Of a stretch of DNA of 8,857 nt, positions 1 to 6,974 are shown in pieces (the stretch's first letter is position 1; each line of letters opens with the position of its first letter). Made by a program: the position numbers and the translations under genes. This DNA is from a virus (Duplodnaviria; Heunggongvirae; Uroviricota; Caudoviricetes). The stretch lies in the IMG/VR virus record IMGVR_UViG_2541047595_000014, one strand, 5' to 3'. The notes beneath the pieces were generated by a model. The model saw only the letters and a list, made by a program, of their open reading frames with translations. It had not been told where the DNA came from and did not search any database.

Positions 1-119
1 AGCAGGTATGCCTGAAAGCGTGCGTATTGCCTGAAAACACAACCCGCTACGGGGGAGACTTACCCGAAATCTGATTTATTCAACAAAGCCGTTACGCTGC
101 TCACCATCCGGATCGCAGC

Positions 120-147
120 AATAAAAAAGGCCACCCGAAGGTAGCCT
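120..147 (-). terminator. Candidate rho-independent terminator downstream of the head morphogenesis gene
   Basis: Minus-strand RNA would read A-GGCUACC UUCG GGUGGCC-U followed by UUUUUAUU: an 8-bp stem with one G-U wobble, a UUCG tetraloop, then a U-tract, about 20 nt after the stop codon at 167-169. Seen directly in sequence; no folding energy computed. Confidence 0.5.
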
Positions 148-166
148 GTTGTAATAAATGATTTAT

Positions 167-1282
167 TTAAATCCCTGCTTTTCTGAATACCTGTGCATCA
201 CGCTCACGGAGCTGCTTCAGCGTCAGCCATTCGCCTTTATCGGTGTAAAATTCATCTGGCGACATACCACCATCCCGAATCAGCTTTGCTCGGCTTTCCC
301 CCACAATCTGTTTTTGTCTGGTGTAAGGCTGACGCAAAAACCATTCCCTGTAGGTTGTATCTCCGGCCACCACGCCATCCATGCTGGCCCGCTCAGCCGG
401 GGAAATATCGCGAACATCAATACCCAGTTCCTTCGCTGATTTCAGAATGAACGTTTCCGTTGAGCGGCAGCAGAAATGAATTTTTCCCGGCCCCTGCAAA
501 TAAGGCACGCTGTGACCTACAGGTTTATTATTCAGCGTATATTTGAGGCGATCCCTGATTCGACATTGTGGCGTAGTACGATTATCAAGCGTTGATAACC
601 ATTGCTTACCCTTAATCAAATCATTATTCGCGCTGGCAAAACTCTCACGGGCAGTAGCAGCAAGATGTCCAACCGCTGTTTTTGCAATGCTGGCCGCATT
701 AGCCCGGCTCATCTGCAATGCACCATCCTGAAATCCCTTACTGACATGTCCCCGAATTTTTCTTGCGATCTGCTCATTGGTATCCCCCAGCAAAAAACCC
801 TGACGCACTGTATTTGTTATGCGTCTGAGCCGATCCGCCTCAAGATCTGAGGCCCACTCACTGAGCAGTCGTCCCTGGAATGGTCGCGCCATTGCAGCGG
901 CATAAAGTGCATCAGGAGAGATACCAACCAGAGGGTGAACATCAGCAACAAAATCAGGTAGCATAGAATCAAACAGACTTAACTGATAACCAGCCTCATA
1001 AATTGCCAGCTCGTTCAGCTCTCCGGAGAGACTGGTAAACATGCTGTTAATAGCAGTGCGGTTAACCTCTCTGACGCTCGCCAGAAGTGACTCCAGGCGC
1101 TTAACGGTAAAACTACCTGGATCGAGGCTGTCCAGTGCTATCAGCAGGCGAGCAGTAAGTTCCGCATCGCTGTCATTCAGTATTTTCACCATTCTGGCAG
1201 CCACGCCAGTGCTATAGCGGGATATCCAGACTGCATGAGCAATTGATTCATCACGCAGCCGTTCATTCACGGTTTGCATCAT
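167..1282 (-). CDS. Phage head morphogenesis protein, Mu F / SPP1 gp7 family (minor head protein)
   Basis: 371-aa ORF immediately downstream of the portal gene, overlapping it by 20 bp. The C-terminal half carries the motifs I associate with the Mu F domain: LDNRTTPQCR (D-x-R-T-x-P-x-C) and GKIHFCCRS (H-x-C-C-R). Start is ATG at 1282, with a second in-frame ATG at 1279. Synteny terL-portal-MuF matches Mu and SPP1-type head modules. Confidence 0.75.
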   Translation of the reverse strand: MMQTVNERLRDESIAHAVWISRYSTGVAARMVKILNDSDAELTARLLIALDSLDPGSFTVKRLESLLASVREVNRTAINSMFTSLSGELNELAIYEAGYQLSLFDSMLPDFVADVHPLVGISPDALYAAAMARPFQGRLLSEWASDLEADRLRRITNTVRQGFLLGDTNEQIARKIRGHVSKGFQDGALQMSRANAASIAKTAVGHLAATARESFASANNDLIKGKQWLSTLDNRTTPQCRIRDRLKYTLNNKPVGHSVPYLQGPGKIHFCCRSTETFILKSAKELGIDVRDISPAERASMDGVVAGDTTYREWFLRQPYTRQKQIVGESRAKLIRDGGMSPDEFYTDKGEWLTLKQLRERDAQVFRKAGI

Positions 1283-2669
1283 TGATTTCCATCAGCATTA
1301 CACTCTGATTTTTTAATTCATCGATCACTTCCTCTGGACGGGAATCCTGATCGATAAATTTCAACGCCTGCAACACCCGAACCGCATCAATCTGACGTAT
1401 ATCACCGCCCTGACGCAATGACTGAACAGCCAGCGCGGAGGATGAGTCAAACACCTGGGCAGATACATCCAGTTCAGTGCGCACATCCACATTGCCACCG
1501 CAACTCTCTCCGATCCATTCCGCCATTATCTGGAGAATATTATCGAGGGCATCTTCGAGGGAGTTCGCCATTGTATAAAGCGGCGAGTTTTCCTGCATTC
1601 GCTCTTCATTAGTCTGATCAACAGATTTGGTGGATGTATTTTCAGCACGCAGAAGTTTAGCGCCGGCATGACGCATCTGATTTTCCAGCTTCTCAAGTGA
1701 TGTTTCGCCAGATTCTATCGCTGCGCCACTATGTTCAACATATTCGAGGCCATTTTTTGTTCTGTCCTCAAAAATCGTAGCGGTGGATGCACCAACCGTC
1801 AGTTCTTCATTCCTGTCCAGCCCGTAGGCCACCAGCAATGGAACGCGGGCAACATGAAGAATATTGTCCTGCTCGCTCTGGCTTTGCCAGTGCTTGATAT
1901 TCAGCAAGCCAAGATTAAGCAATGGCGGTGTACCACGCATAAATCCTGTTTTCTTCGTGTACAGTGTTACCAGAGGAATATCATCACGGCTGGTATTCCA
2001 TGACTCATGAAGCGTCCAGACAGATTCGCCATTAGTGCCTTCGCTACGTCGATAAATTTCAACTCGACGGGGCATAATATGGCGGATCTGCTCCACCTTC
2101 TTCTGCCCGAAATCATCACCATCAATAATGATGACCTCTTTTATACGCAAATCAGTGAGAACAACTTTCCCTTTTTCAACTTTCGATTTCCATCCAATAA
2201 CCTGGCGTGGATTCAGCATCGTAACGTACGGGCGACCACCGGCCGCGTTTTCATCGGCTTTTGTCCGAATCTCGTTCATATCCGTTCGTGGATAGTCCAC
2301 CAGCGCATGTGCCACACCATACTGAAATGCGAGACTGAAAAATTGCTGCGCCCACACATCCAGTCGGCTCCCCTCCATGTCGATATTTTCTGCATATTCC
2401 CTGATTTTTTCCGGCGTTTCCTCACTCAATACTGTCGGCTCTGCAAATATGCGCCCAATATTTTGTTTGATGCTTTCTTCATACACAGGAAGTAACGTAG
2501 CCACAGACAGGCGTTTTTTATAAGCGTCTTCATCTTCATTAGGCCATTTGGGGAGATAATTTTCCCCCTGCCTGCGCATTTCAAGCGTACCGCCCATCAA
2601 TGCGTCGTTAATATCCCACGCCTCCAGCATATCGTTATAGTCGAGGTTGGGTGTTGATATATCAGCCAT
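1263..2669 (-). CDS. Phage portal protein
   Basis: 468-aa ORF whose ATG at 2669 sits 2 nt after the terL stop (TAA-TT-ATG), indicating translational coupling. Size and position between terminase large subunit and the Mu F-like gene are typical for a portal. Family assignment is by synteny and size, not by a recognised motif. Confidence 0.7.
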   Translation of the reverse strand: MADISTPNLDYNDMLEAWDINDALMGGTLEMRRQGENYLPKWPNEDEDAYKKRLSVATLLPVYEESIKQNIGRIFAEPTVLSEETPEKIREYAENIDMEGSRLDVWAQQFFSLAFQYGVAHALVDYPRTDMNEIRTKADENAAGGRPYVTMLNPRQVIGWKSKVEKGKVVLTDLRIKEVIIIDGDDFGQKKVEQIRHIMPRRVEIYRRSEGTNGESVWTLHESWNTSRDDIPLVTLYTKKTGFMRGTPPLLNLGLLNIKHWQSQSEQDNILHVARVPLLVAYGLDRNEELTVGASTATIFEDRTKNGLEYVEHSGAAIESGETSLEKLENQMRHAGAKLLRAENTSTKSVDQTNEERMQENSPLYTMANSLEDALDNILQIMAEWIGESCGGNVDVRTELDVSAQVFDSSSALAVQSLRQGGDIRQIDAVRVLQALKFIDQDSRPEEVIDELKNQSVMLMEINDANRE

Positions 2670-2671
2670 AA

Positions 2672-3979
2672 TTAAATCCGAAGTGATGTGACTCTTCCGG
2701 TCGGTTTGACAATAGGGAATTGCTTAACGATGAAATAACCTCCGGCATCATTCGGGTGATCATTGCCAGATTTTTTATCAGGCTCCCCCTTATCATCCCA
2801 GACCTGTTGCTCCAGAGATTCGGCATATACCGGACAACGCTTCACATTAACTTTATAGCGACGCTCACCATTGGCATTGCAGAACATTGCATTCATTGAG
2901 TTAACGCGATCTTTTACTGGCGGGTTCGAGCTGTTCACCACAACGTTAAAACCTGCCTGCTTAAGCTGGGCTATATCCGTCGTACTTGCGTTACTTGATT
3001 TTCTGGAATCTCCGGAAGCATCTGGATAAATATAAATCTCCCTCACTTTCCGGTAATCATGCCCGTCATACAGCCAGAAGCGTTCTTTAATGAGGCGGAT
3101 CATATCCGGCGTATCGTAGGCATTGATGATTTCAGTTACCGCACATGGAAGCCCCAAACGCAGCACATGGACGATTCCCGCCATCTTTCCAACGTTAAAA
3201 TCCATCCCAATATAAATCGGCTCCCCTGGCTGCTCCACTTCTTCGCAATTATTCAGTTTCCGGTCAAACTGATGGTAAACAGTACCACTTGTCAGGTTAG
3301 TAAACCGTCCTAGAAGATAGGCTTTAATCAGCTCTGGAGGGTATGATTCAAGAAGTGAAGGAATGTAATCTGCTGGCAGGTTCTTTTCATTATCGAAAGT
3401 AGATGCCTGCACCAGACCATACAGTGAGGCCAGCTCTGTTTTTTCACGCACGGCTTTAACAAACTGCTCGTAGACAAATTTGAATCCTTCCGGCGTGGTT
3501 GTAACGTCAATACCGTTGCGAAGTCCATCAATCTTATAACGCATACGCGCAATTATCTTGCGCCACGCCGTTCTGGCTTTTTCCTTCGGCAAAATGTCCA
3601 GTTCATCCACCAGCGCATTACCAATTTTGAAACCGACGATCGTTTGTGGCTTCTCCATCGATCTGCAGATAGTGGTTCCCCGATACTGGCGTCCGTAATA
3701 AAAGTGAACCTCTTTATTTCCCTCATTAATTTTTACGTTCAATCCCCAGTCAGCAGCAACTTCTTCCACTGTAGGGTAAAAAATATCGCGAATTTGGGGA
3801 TACGTTGGCGCAAAATATCCCTGATTTATACCTGGATGCTCCCAAATCCCCTTGCATATGCCGCCACACCCAACCCATGTTTTGCCCGAGCCAAAACCAG
3901 CAATATAGGCTTTAAATTTATGGGGCATTGAAAGAAATCGCGCCTGAGGCACATTAAGCGTCGGAGAGATCATCTTCAT
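2672..3979 (-). CDS. Terminase large subunit (ATPase plus nuclease)
   Basis: N-terminal Walker A motif AGFGSGKT (encoded around 3878-3898), a hydrophobic-DELD Walker B-like stretch (LVDELD), and C-terminal acidic motifs (IGMDFN, YPDASGD) consistent with an RNase H-like nuclease domain. The ORF track starts at a GTG at 3982; I prefer the ATG at 3979 (AAGGAG Shine-Dalgarno just upstream), though the ATG at 3973 is also possible. Overlaps terS 3' end by 26 bp. Confidence 0.9.
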   Translation of the reverse strand: MKMISPTLNVPQARFLSMPHKFKAYIAGFGSGKTWVGCGGICKGIWEHPGINQGYFAPTYPQIRDIFYPTVEEVAADWGLNVKINEGNKEVHFYYGRQYRGTTICRSMEKPQTIVGFKIGNALVDELDILPKEKARTAWRKIIARMRYKIDGLRNGIDVTTTPEGFKFVYEQFVKAVREKTELASLYGLVQASTFDNEKNLPADYIPSLLESYPPELIKAYLLGRFTNLTSGTVYHQFDRKLNNCEEVEQPGEPIYIGMDFNVGKMAGIVHVLRLGLPCAVTEIINAYDTPDMIRLIKERFWLYDGHDYRKVREIYIYPDASGDSRKSSNASTTDIAQLKQAGFNVVVNSSNPPVKDRVNSMNAMFCNANGERRYKVNVKRCPVYAESLEQQVWDDKGEPDKKSGNDHPNDAGGYFIVKQFPIVKPTGRVTSLRI

Positions 3980-5048
3980 CACTCCTTAATCTGGCATCAA
4001 CCACATTAATATTGATCGCCACAGGCTGGGGATGTTCATTATCCTCCACCGTTTCGATCTCTTTGCGCAGCTTCTGGTTCTCTATTCTGCGCCGTTCAAT
4101 TTCCAGTTCCTGTAGCCGCTTATCTGCACATAATGCCCCGCCAGCAGAAAGCAAACGCAACAATTCACGCCGGGCGGCAGCCTTATCCTCCAGCAGGATC
4201 TCAACACCGTATTTTCCGAGCTTTGACCCTGCATATAATTGCCGCGCATCCCCATCAAGCAGTGTGGTATCAGCCATATAAAGCTGTCCTGTTCCCTCAC
4301 CGCAGCACTTCGGGCAATCAGGATTGGGTATGGCGTTATCAACAAAGCCGAGGCCTCCATATTCCGGCTCGGGTTTACCATCTCTGGAGGCCTGTGCCGC
4401 AGCCTTATCGAATTCTGCAATATCACGCCACTGGTAGAGATGATTCTCGCCCCAGCAATAACGGCAGTTAACACGGCGAAATTGTGCCAACTGATTGGGG
4501 TCGGCCTGGACAATGGCCATCAACTGGCTCACCAGTAAATCCAGGTCTGCGGTATAGCGTTTCTGGTACTGATTGCGGAAGTAGCTGATAGCACGATAAA
4601 CCCTGGCATTTCTAAGCATACGGCTGGCGTTGCTGTTAGCTGTCGCACCTTGCCCCTCATAACCAGCCAGTCGGTATGCCTCTGTCGGCTTTTTCCCCTG
4701 AGCAACCAACATGGCGAATTTTGCCTGCTGGTCAGAAATACCGAATTCATCGGGGCAGAACGAAATTTCTTCCGTGTCCCCCTCAATCAGGAGTGCATCG
4801 GATACAGCCTTTTTTTTCTGAGATTTTCCGTTCTGCCTTTGCGCAGTCTGCGCAGTTTTTTTTCGCGCACTTTTTTGCGCAGTTTTGCGCATTTCTTTCT
4901 GCGCATTTTTCGGAGTTTTTTTGATGTAACGACGGGCTGTTGCGTAGTTCAGTCCCCTTGCTTCACACCATGCCACCGGAGATATACCGGAGCGGGTGTA
5001 TTCAGCAATATACTCCTGCTGCAACGCCCCCCAGTCCGGTCTGCTCAT
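3954..5048 (-). CDS. Terminase small subunit, unusually long multi-domain form
   Basis: 364-aa ORF directly upstream of and overlapping terL. The central region (FAMLVAQGKKPTEAYRLAGYEG...SNASRMLRNARVY) resembles the Terminase_2-type small-subunit DNA-binding fold. It also has an N-terminal HTH-like segment, a Lys-rich low-complexity linker, a C-terminal Cys-x2-Cys...Cys-x2-Cys-Cys motif (CRYC...CPKCC) and a charged coiled-coil-like tail. ATG at 5048 with AGGA about 8 nt upstream. Confidence 0.75.
   Translation of the reverse strand: MSRPDWGALQQEYIAEYTRSGISPVAWCEARGLNYATARRYIKKTPKNAQKEMRKTAQKSARKKTAQTAQRQNGKSQKKKAVSDALLIEGDTEEISFCPDEFGISDQQAKFAMLVAQGKKPTEAYRLAGYEGQGATANSNASRMLRNARVYRAISYFRNQYQKRYTADLDLLVSQLMAIVQADPNQLAQFRRVNCRYCWGENHLYQWRDIAEFDKAAAQASRDGKPEPEYGGLGFVDNAIPNPDCPKCCGEGTGQLYMADTTLLDGDARQLYAGSKLGKYGVEILLEDKAAARRELLRLLSAGGALCADKRLQELEIERRRIENQKLRKEIETVEDNEHPQPVAININVVDARLRSDEDDLSDA
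4805..4925. repeat. Low-complexity repeat tract inside terS (T-runs and GCGCA repeats on plus strand)
   Basis: Plus strand shows tgcgcag / ttttgcgca units interspersed with T homopolymers of 6-8 nt (for example 4810-4817 and 4856-4863). On the coding strand this encodes the Lys-rich linker KKTPKNAQKEMRKTAQKSARKKTAQTAQRQNGKSQKKK. Seen directly in sequence. Confidence 0.8.
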
Positions 5049-5051
5049 CAG

Positions 5052-5303
5052 TTAGTCCTGATTTTTATCCACCCTGAGTAGTTCGCGCAGAGCAAAGGCA
5101 TCCCCTTTTCTGGCAAGCTTAAACAATGCCGCTCGTAACTCGGCTTCACCTTTCGCTCTGCCCTTACGGATGGCCGCATAAAAATCTGTCATTGCTTCCC
5201 GATTTTCTTTCAGTCGGTTCAGATCAACATCCAGAACGTCAGCGATTTGTTGTGCAGTCATCCGGCACGCTGCCAGAGACTCGACTTTCGAATACGGAAT
5301 CAT
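5052..5303 (-). CDS. Small hypothetical protein (83 aa), possibly helix-turn-helix, leading the packaging operon
   Basis: ATG at 5303 preceded by GGGGGTGA (Shine-Dalgarno-like). Stop TAA at 5052-5054 is separated from the terS ATG by one codon (TAA-CTG-ATG) and is in the same reading frame as terS. Basic, helix-rich sequence (TAQQIADVLDVDLNRL...). Function not recognisable from sequence. Confidence 0.5.
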   Translation of the reverse strand: MIPYSKVESLAACRMTAQQIADVLDVDLNRLKENREAMTDFYAAIRKGRAKGEAELRAALFKLARKGDAFALRELLRVDKNQD

Positions 5304-6171
5304 TTGTCACCCCCATTGATATGCAGGGTGTCTTCTTCCTGTATTTTTCGTGAAGGATTTTTACTGCAGCGTTGTTCCAGGTGACCTGATGGTGAATGCG
5401 TTTATGGCTGGCACCCATCAGTGAGATTTTTACGCACGACGGCGAATACATGACGGAGTAAAAACTTTTAACGTAGGTTCCGGAATCCAGATACAGCTCG
5501 GTCATTCCGCCGCTGTTTTTCTGAGTCTGTTTCTGCCCTAACTGGACAGCACCGATCGTCATAAACAATTCACCACAGCGACCGAGATTCGTGTACGTAT
5601 TCACATCCTCGTTAATGCGCCCCATGAATGAGAACGGTCGATCAACCGAACAGATAAAGCTGTTCATTGCCTTGCGTTTCACCCACGAAGCATGGCCGCC
5701 ATTGTCACCAAGAAAATCCCCGCCCTGCGACATAGCGATGGAAAGCGCGGGTATTGATTCGTAATACGCCAGCATTTCAGAAAGGATCGCATCCAGTTTC
5801 CTTATCGGGAAATAGGCCTGGTCATAGTTGCGATCCACCCGAAACTGGAACTCGTGATAATCATCATCGAGCTGAATGAAGTATTTACACCCGACCAGTT
5901 TTGCCAGGTCGAAACAGGCATTACGGGCGTAAAAAATTGAGCGGCGATCACCAAAATTATCGGCTTCGTCAAAACGACTGGCAATATCGGCTTTGGAAAA
6001 TACCAGCACCTGTTCACCAAATTCAGCCATGTACTGATGCCGTGTCTTATCTTCATCATCAACAACGATAAAAATTTTCCCGGTATAGCCAGCACGACGC
6101 AACGTCCGGTAAGTCAGAACTTTGTCCGGTCGCCCGTGAGTCAGAATAAAGGCGCAAAAATCATCACGCAT
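5239..6171 (-). CDS. GT-A-fold (GT2-like) glycosyltransferase-like protein, apparently soluble
   Basis: Preferred start is the ATG at 6171, immediately preceded by GGGAGGAGGAGGAGG (strong Shine-Dalgarno); the ORF-track start at 6195 is rejected. The N-terminal ~105 aa show the GT2 motif order: AFILTHGRP (first strand), KIFIVVDDED (acidic nucleotide-binding loop), then FYARNACFDLAKLVGCKYFIQLDDDY with the DDD (DxD) encoded at 5860-5868. No obvious transmembrane segment. Function is inferred from motif pattern only. Confidence 0.55.
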   Translation of the reverse strand: MRDDFCAFILTHGRPDKVLTYRTLRRAGYTGKIFIVVDDEDKTRHQYMAEFGEQVLVFSKADIASRFDEADNFGDRRSIFYARNACFDLAKLVGCKYFIQLDDDYHEFQFRVDRNYDQAYFPIRKLDAILSEMLAYYESIPALSIAMSQGGDFLGDNGGHASWVKRKAMNSFICSVDRPFSFMGRINEDVNTYTNLGRCGELFMTIGAVQLGQKQTQKNSGGMTELYLDSGTYVKSFYSVMYSPSCVKISLMGASHKRIHHQVTWNNAAVKILHEKYRKKTPCISMGVTNDSVFESRVSGSVPDDCTTNR

Positions 6172-6958
6172 ATTCCTCCTCCTCCTCCCCGCCATGCATG
6201 ATCTCCACCATGCGCTGCGTCATTCGGACAAATCCATTTTCAATAGCCTGCTGATAATCAATGATCACCAGCGCCGACTCCTCGAAAAGGCACTGAATTT
6301 CAGCGGGGGCATGAGCGTAATAGTCCGCAATTCTGCTGAAATTAAACACTGTGTGACGTTCTGCCGCACACAGGAGGAATTTCTCAATATCAGGATCAAG
6401 GGACGCCGAACGTATCCGGCTGATCAGCTCCTGAGTTTTCGTATCGTCGTACAGTTCACTGATATCCGGTTTACCGCCCGACGGCTCATAAACAGGCGTA
6501 TCAATTTTCGTCGTATACGGCTCCTCCTCATTTCCTGTACCGGGCAAAACATCCGTCAACAGTTCATCAATTTCTGTCGGGATGAAGCCTGTCAGGGAGA
6601 CATCAAAATCAGCATTGATTAGGTCCGACAGCTCCATCCGCAACAGATCTTCATCCCAGCCAGCATTCATCGGCAGGCGATTATCTGCCAGGCGGTACGC
6701 CTTTTTCTGCTCATCCGTCAGGCCAGACAGAACAATGACCGGAACAGAATCCATTTTGAGCATTTCAGCCGCCATAACACGACCGTGACCCGCAATAATT
6801 TTGCCCTTTTCGTCAATCAGCACCGGATTAGTCCAGCCGAATTGCTTAATACTTTCTACCAGTTGTGCCACCTGCTCAGTACTGTGCGTCCTGGCATTGT
6901 GCGCATACGGTGACAATTCTTGTAATGGGCGATAGACTATCTTTAATTTCTCGCTCAT
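6164..6958 (-). CDS. ParB-like nuclease domain (ParB/Sulfiredoxin fold) protein
   Basis: N-terminal ~90 aa (YRPLQELSPYAHNARTHSTEQVAQLVESIKQFGWTNPVLIDEKGKIIAGHGRVMAA) match the ParB N-terminal domain pattern, including the GHGR motif. The C-terminal ~170 aa have unknown function and end in an acidic tail (GGEEEEEYA). ATG at 6958 with AAGG upstream; overlaps the next gene by 8 bp. From memory this may be the full-length counterpart of the short ynaK ORF of the K-12 Rac prophage, but I cannot verify that without a search. Confidence 0.8.
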   Translation of the reverse strand: MSEKLKIVYRPLQELSPYAHNARTHSTEQVAQLVESIKQFGWTNPVLIDEKGKIIAGHGRVMAAEMLKMDSVPVIVLSGLTDEQKKAYRLADNRLPMNAGWDEDLLRMELSDLINADFDVSLTGFIPTEIDELLTDVLPGTGNEEEPYTTKIDTPVYEPSGGKPDISELYDDTKTQELISRIRSASLDPDIEKFLLCAAERHTVFNFSRIADYYAHAPAEIQCLFEESALVIIDYQQAIENGFVRMTQRMVEIMHGGEEEEEYA

Positions 6959-6974
6959 ACAGCCTTGCTTTATG

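Noticed and set aside
158-450. Plus-strand ORFs of 93 and 85 aa
   Set aside because: They are antisense to, and wholly contained in, the head morphogenesis gene. They have no ribosome-binding site context or recognisable motifs and are most likely frame artefacts.
1731-2495. Plus-strand ORFs of 90 and 162 aa
   Set aside because: Antisense to the portal gene with low-complexity composition; no independent support.
4012-4538. Several plus- and minus-strand ORFs of 89-143 aa nested in the terS region
   Set aside because: All lie inside the longer terS reading frame or antisense to it; terS has coherent domain content whereas these do not.
4529-5081. Minus 85-aa and plus 82- and 143-aa ORFs across the repeat tract
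   Set aside because: The plus-strand ORFs are Phe/Leu/Arg-rich readings of the T-run/GCGCA repeat and are composition artefacts. The minus 85-aa ORF (4529-4786) is an alternative frame nested in terS. They were considered only as possible slippage products, which is covered in the findings.
5046-5303. Interpreting the 83-aa ORF plus terS as one gene disrupted by a nonsense mutation (pseudogene)
   Set aside because: Both ORFs have their own plausible ribosome-binding sites and start codons and the arrangement looks like ordinary translational coupling. It is kept as a low-priority finding rather than a feature call.
5802-6095. Minus-strand 97-aa ORF
   Set aside because: Alternative frame nested inside the GT-like gene; no start context or motifs.
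5239-6171. GtrB-type O-antigen bactoprenol glucosyltransferase (serotype conversion), or a DpdA/TGT-like 7-deazaguanine DNA transglycosylase
   Set aside because: GtrB has C-terminal transmembrane helices and sits with GtrA and a type-specific Gtr gene, none of which are seen here. TGT-like enzymes have a different fold with zinc-binding Cys clusters that this protein lacks.
6172-6195. Upstream ATG start for the GT-like gene (MAGRRRRN...)
   Set aside because: This stretch is itself the AGGAGG-type Shine-Dalgarno for the ATG at 6171 and would overlap the ParB-like gene by 32 bp; the downstream ATG is better supported.
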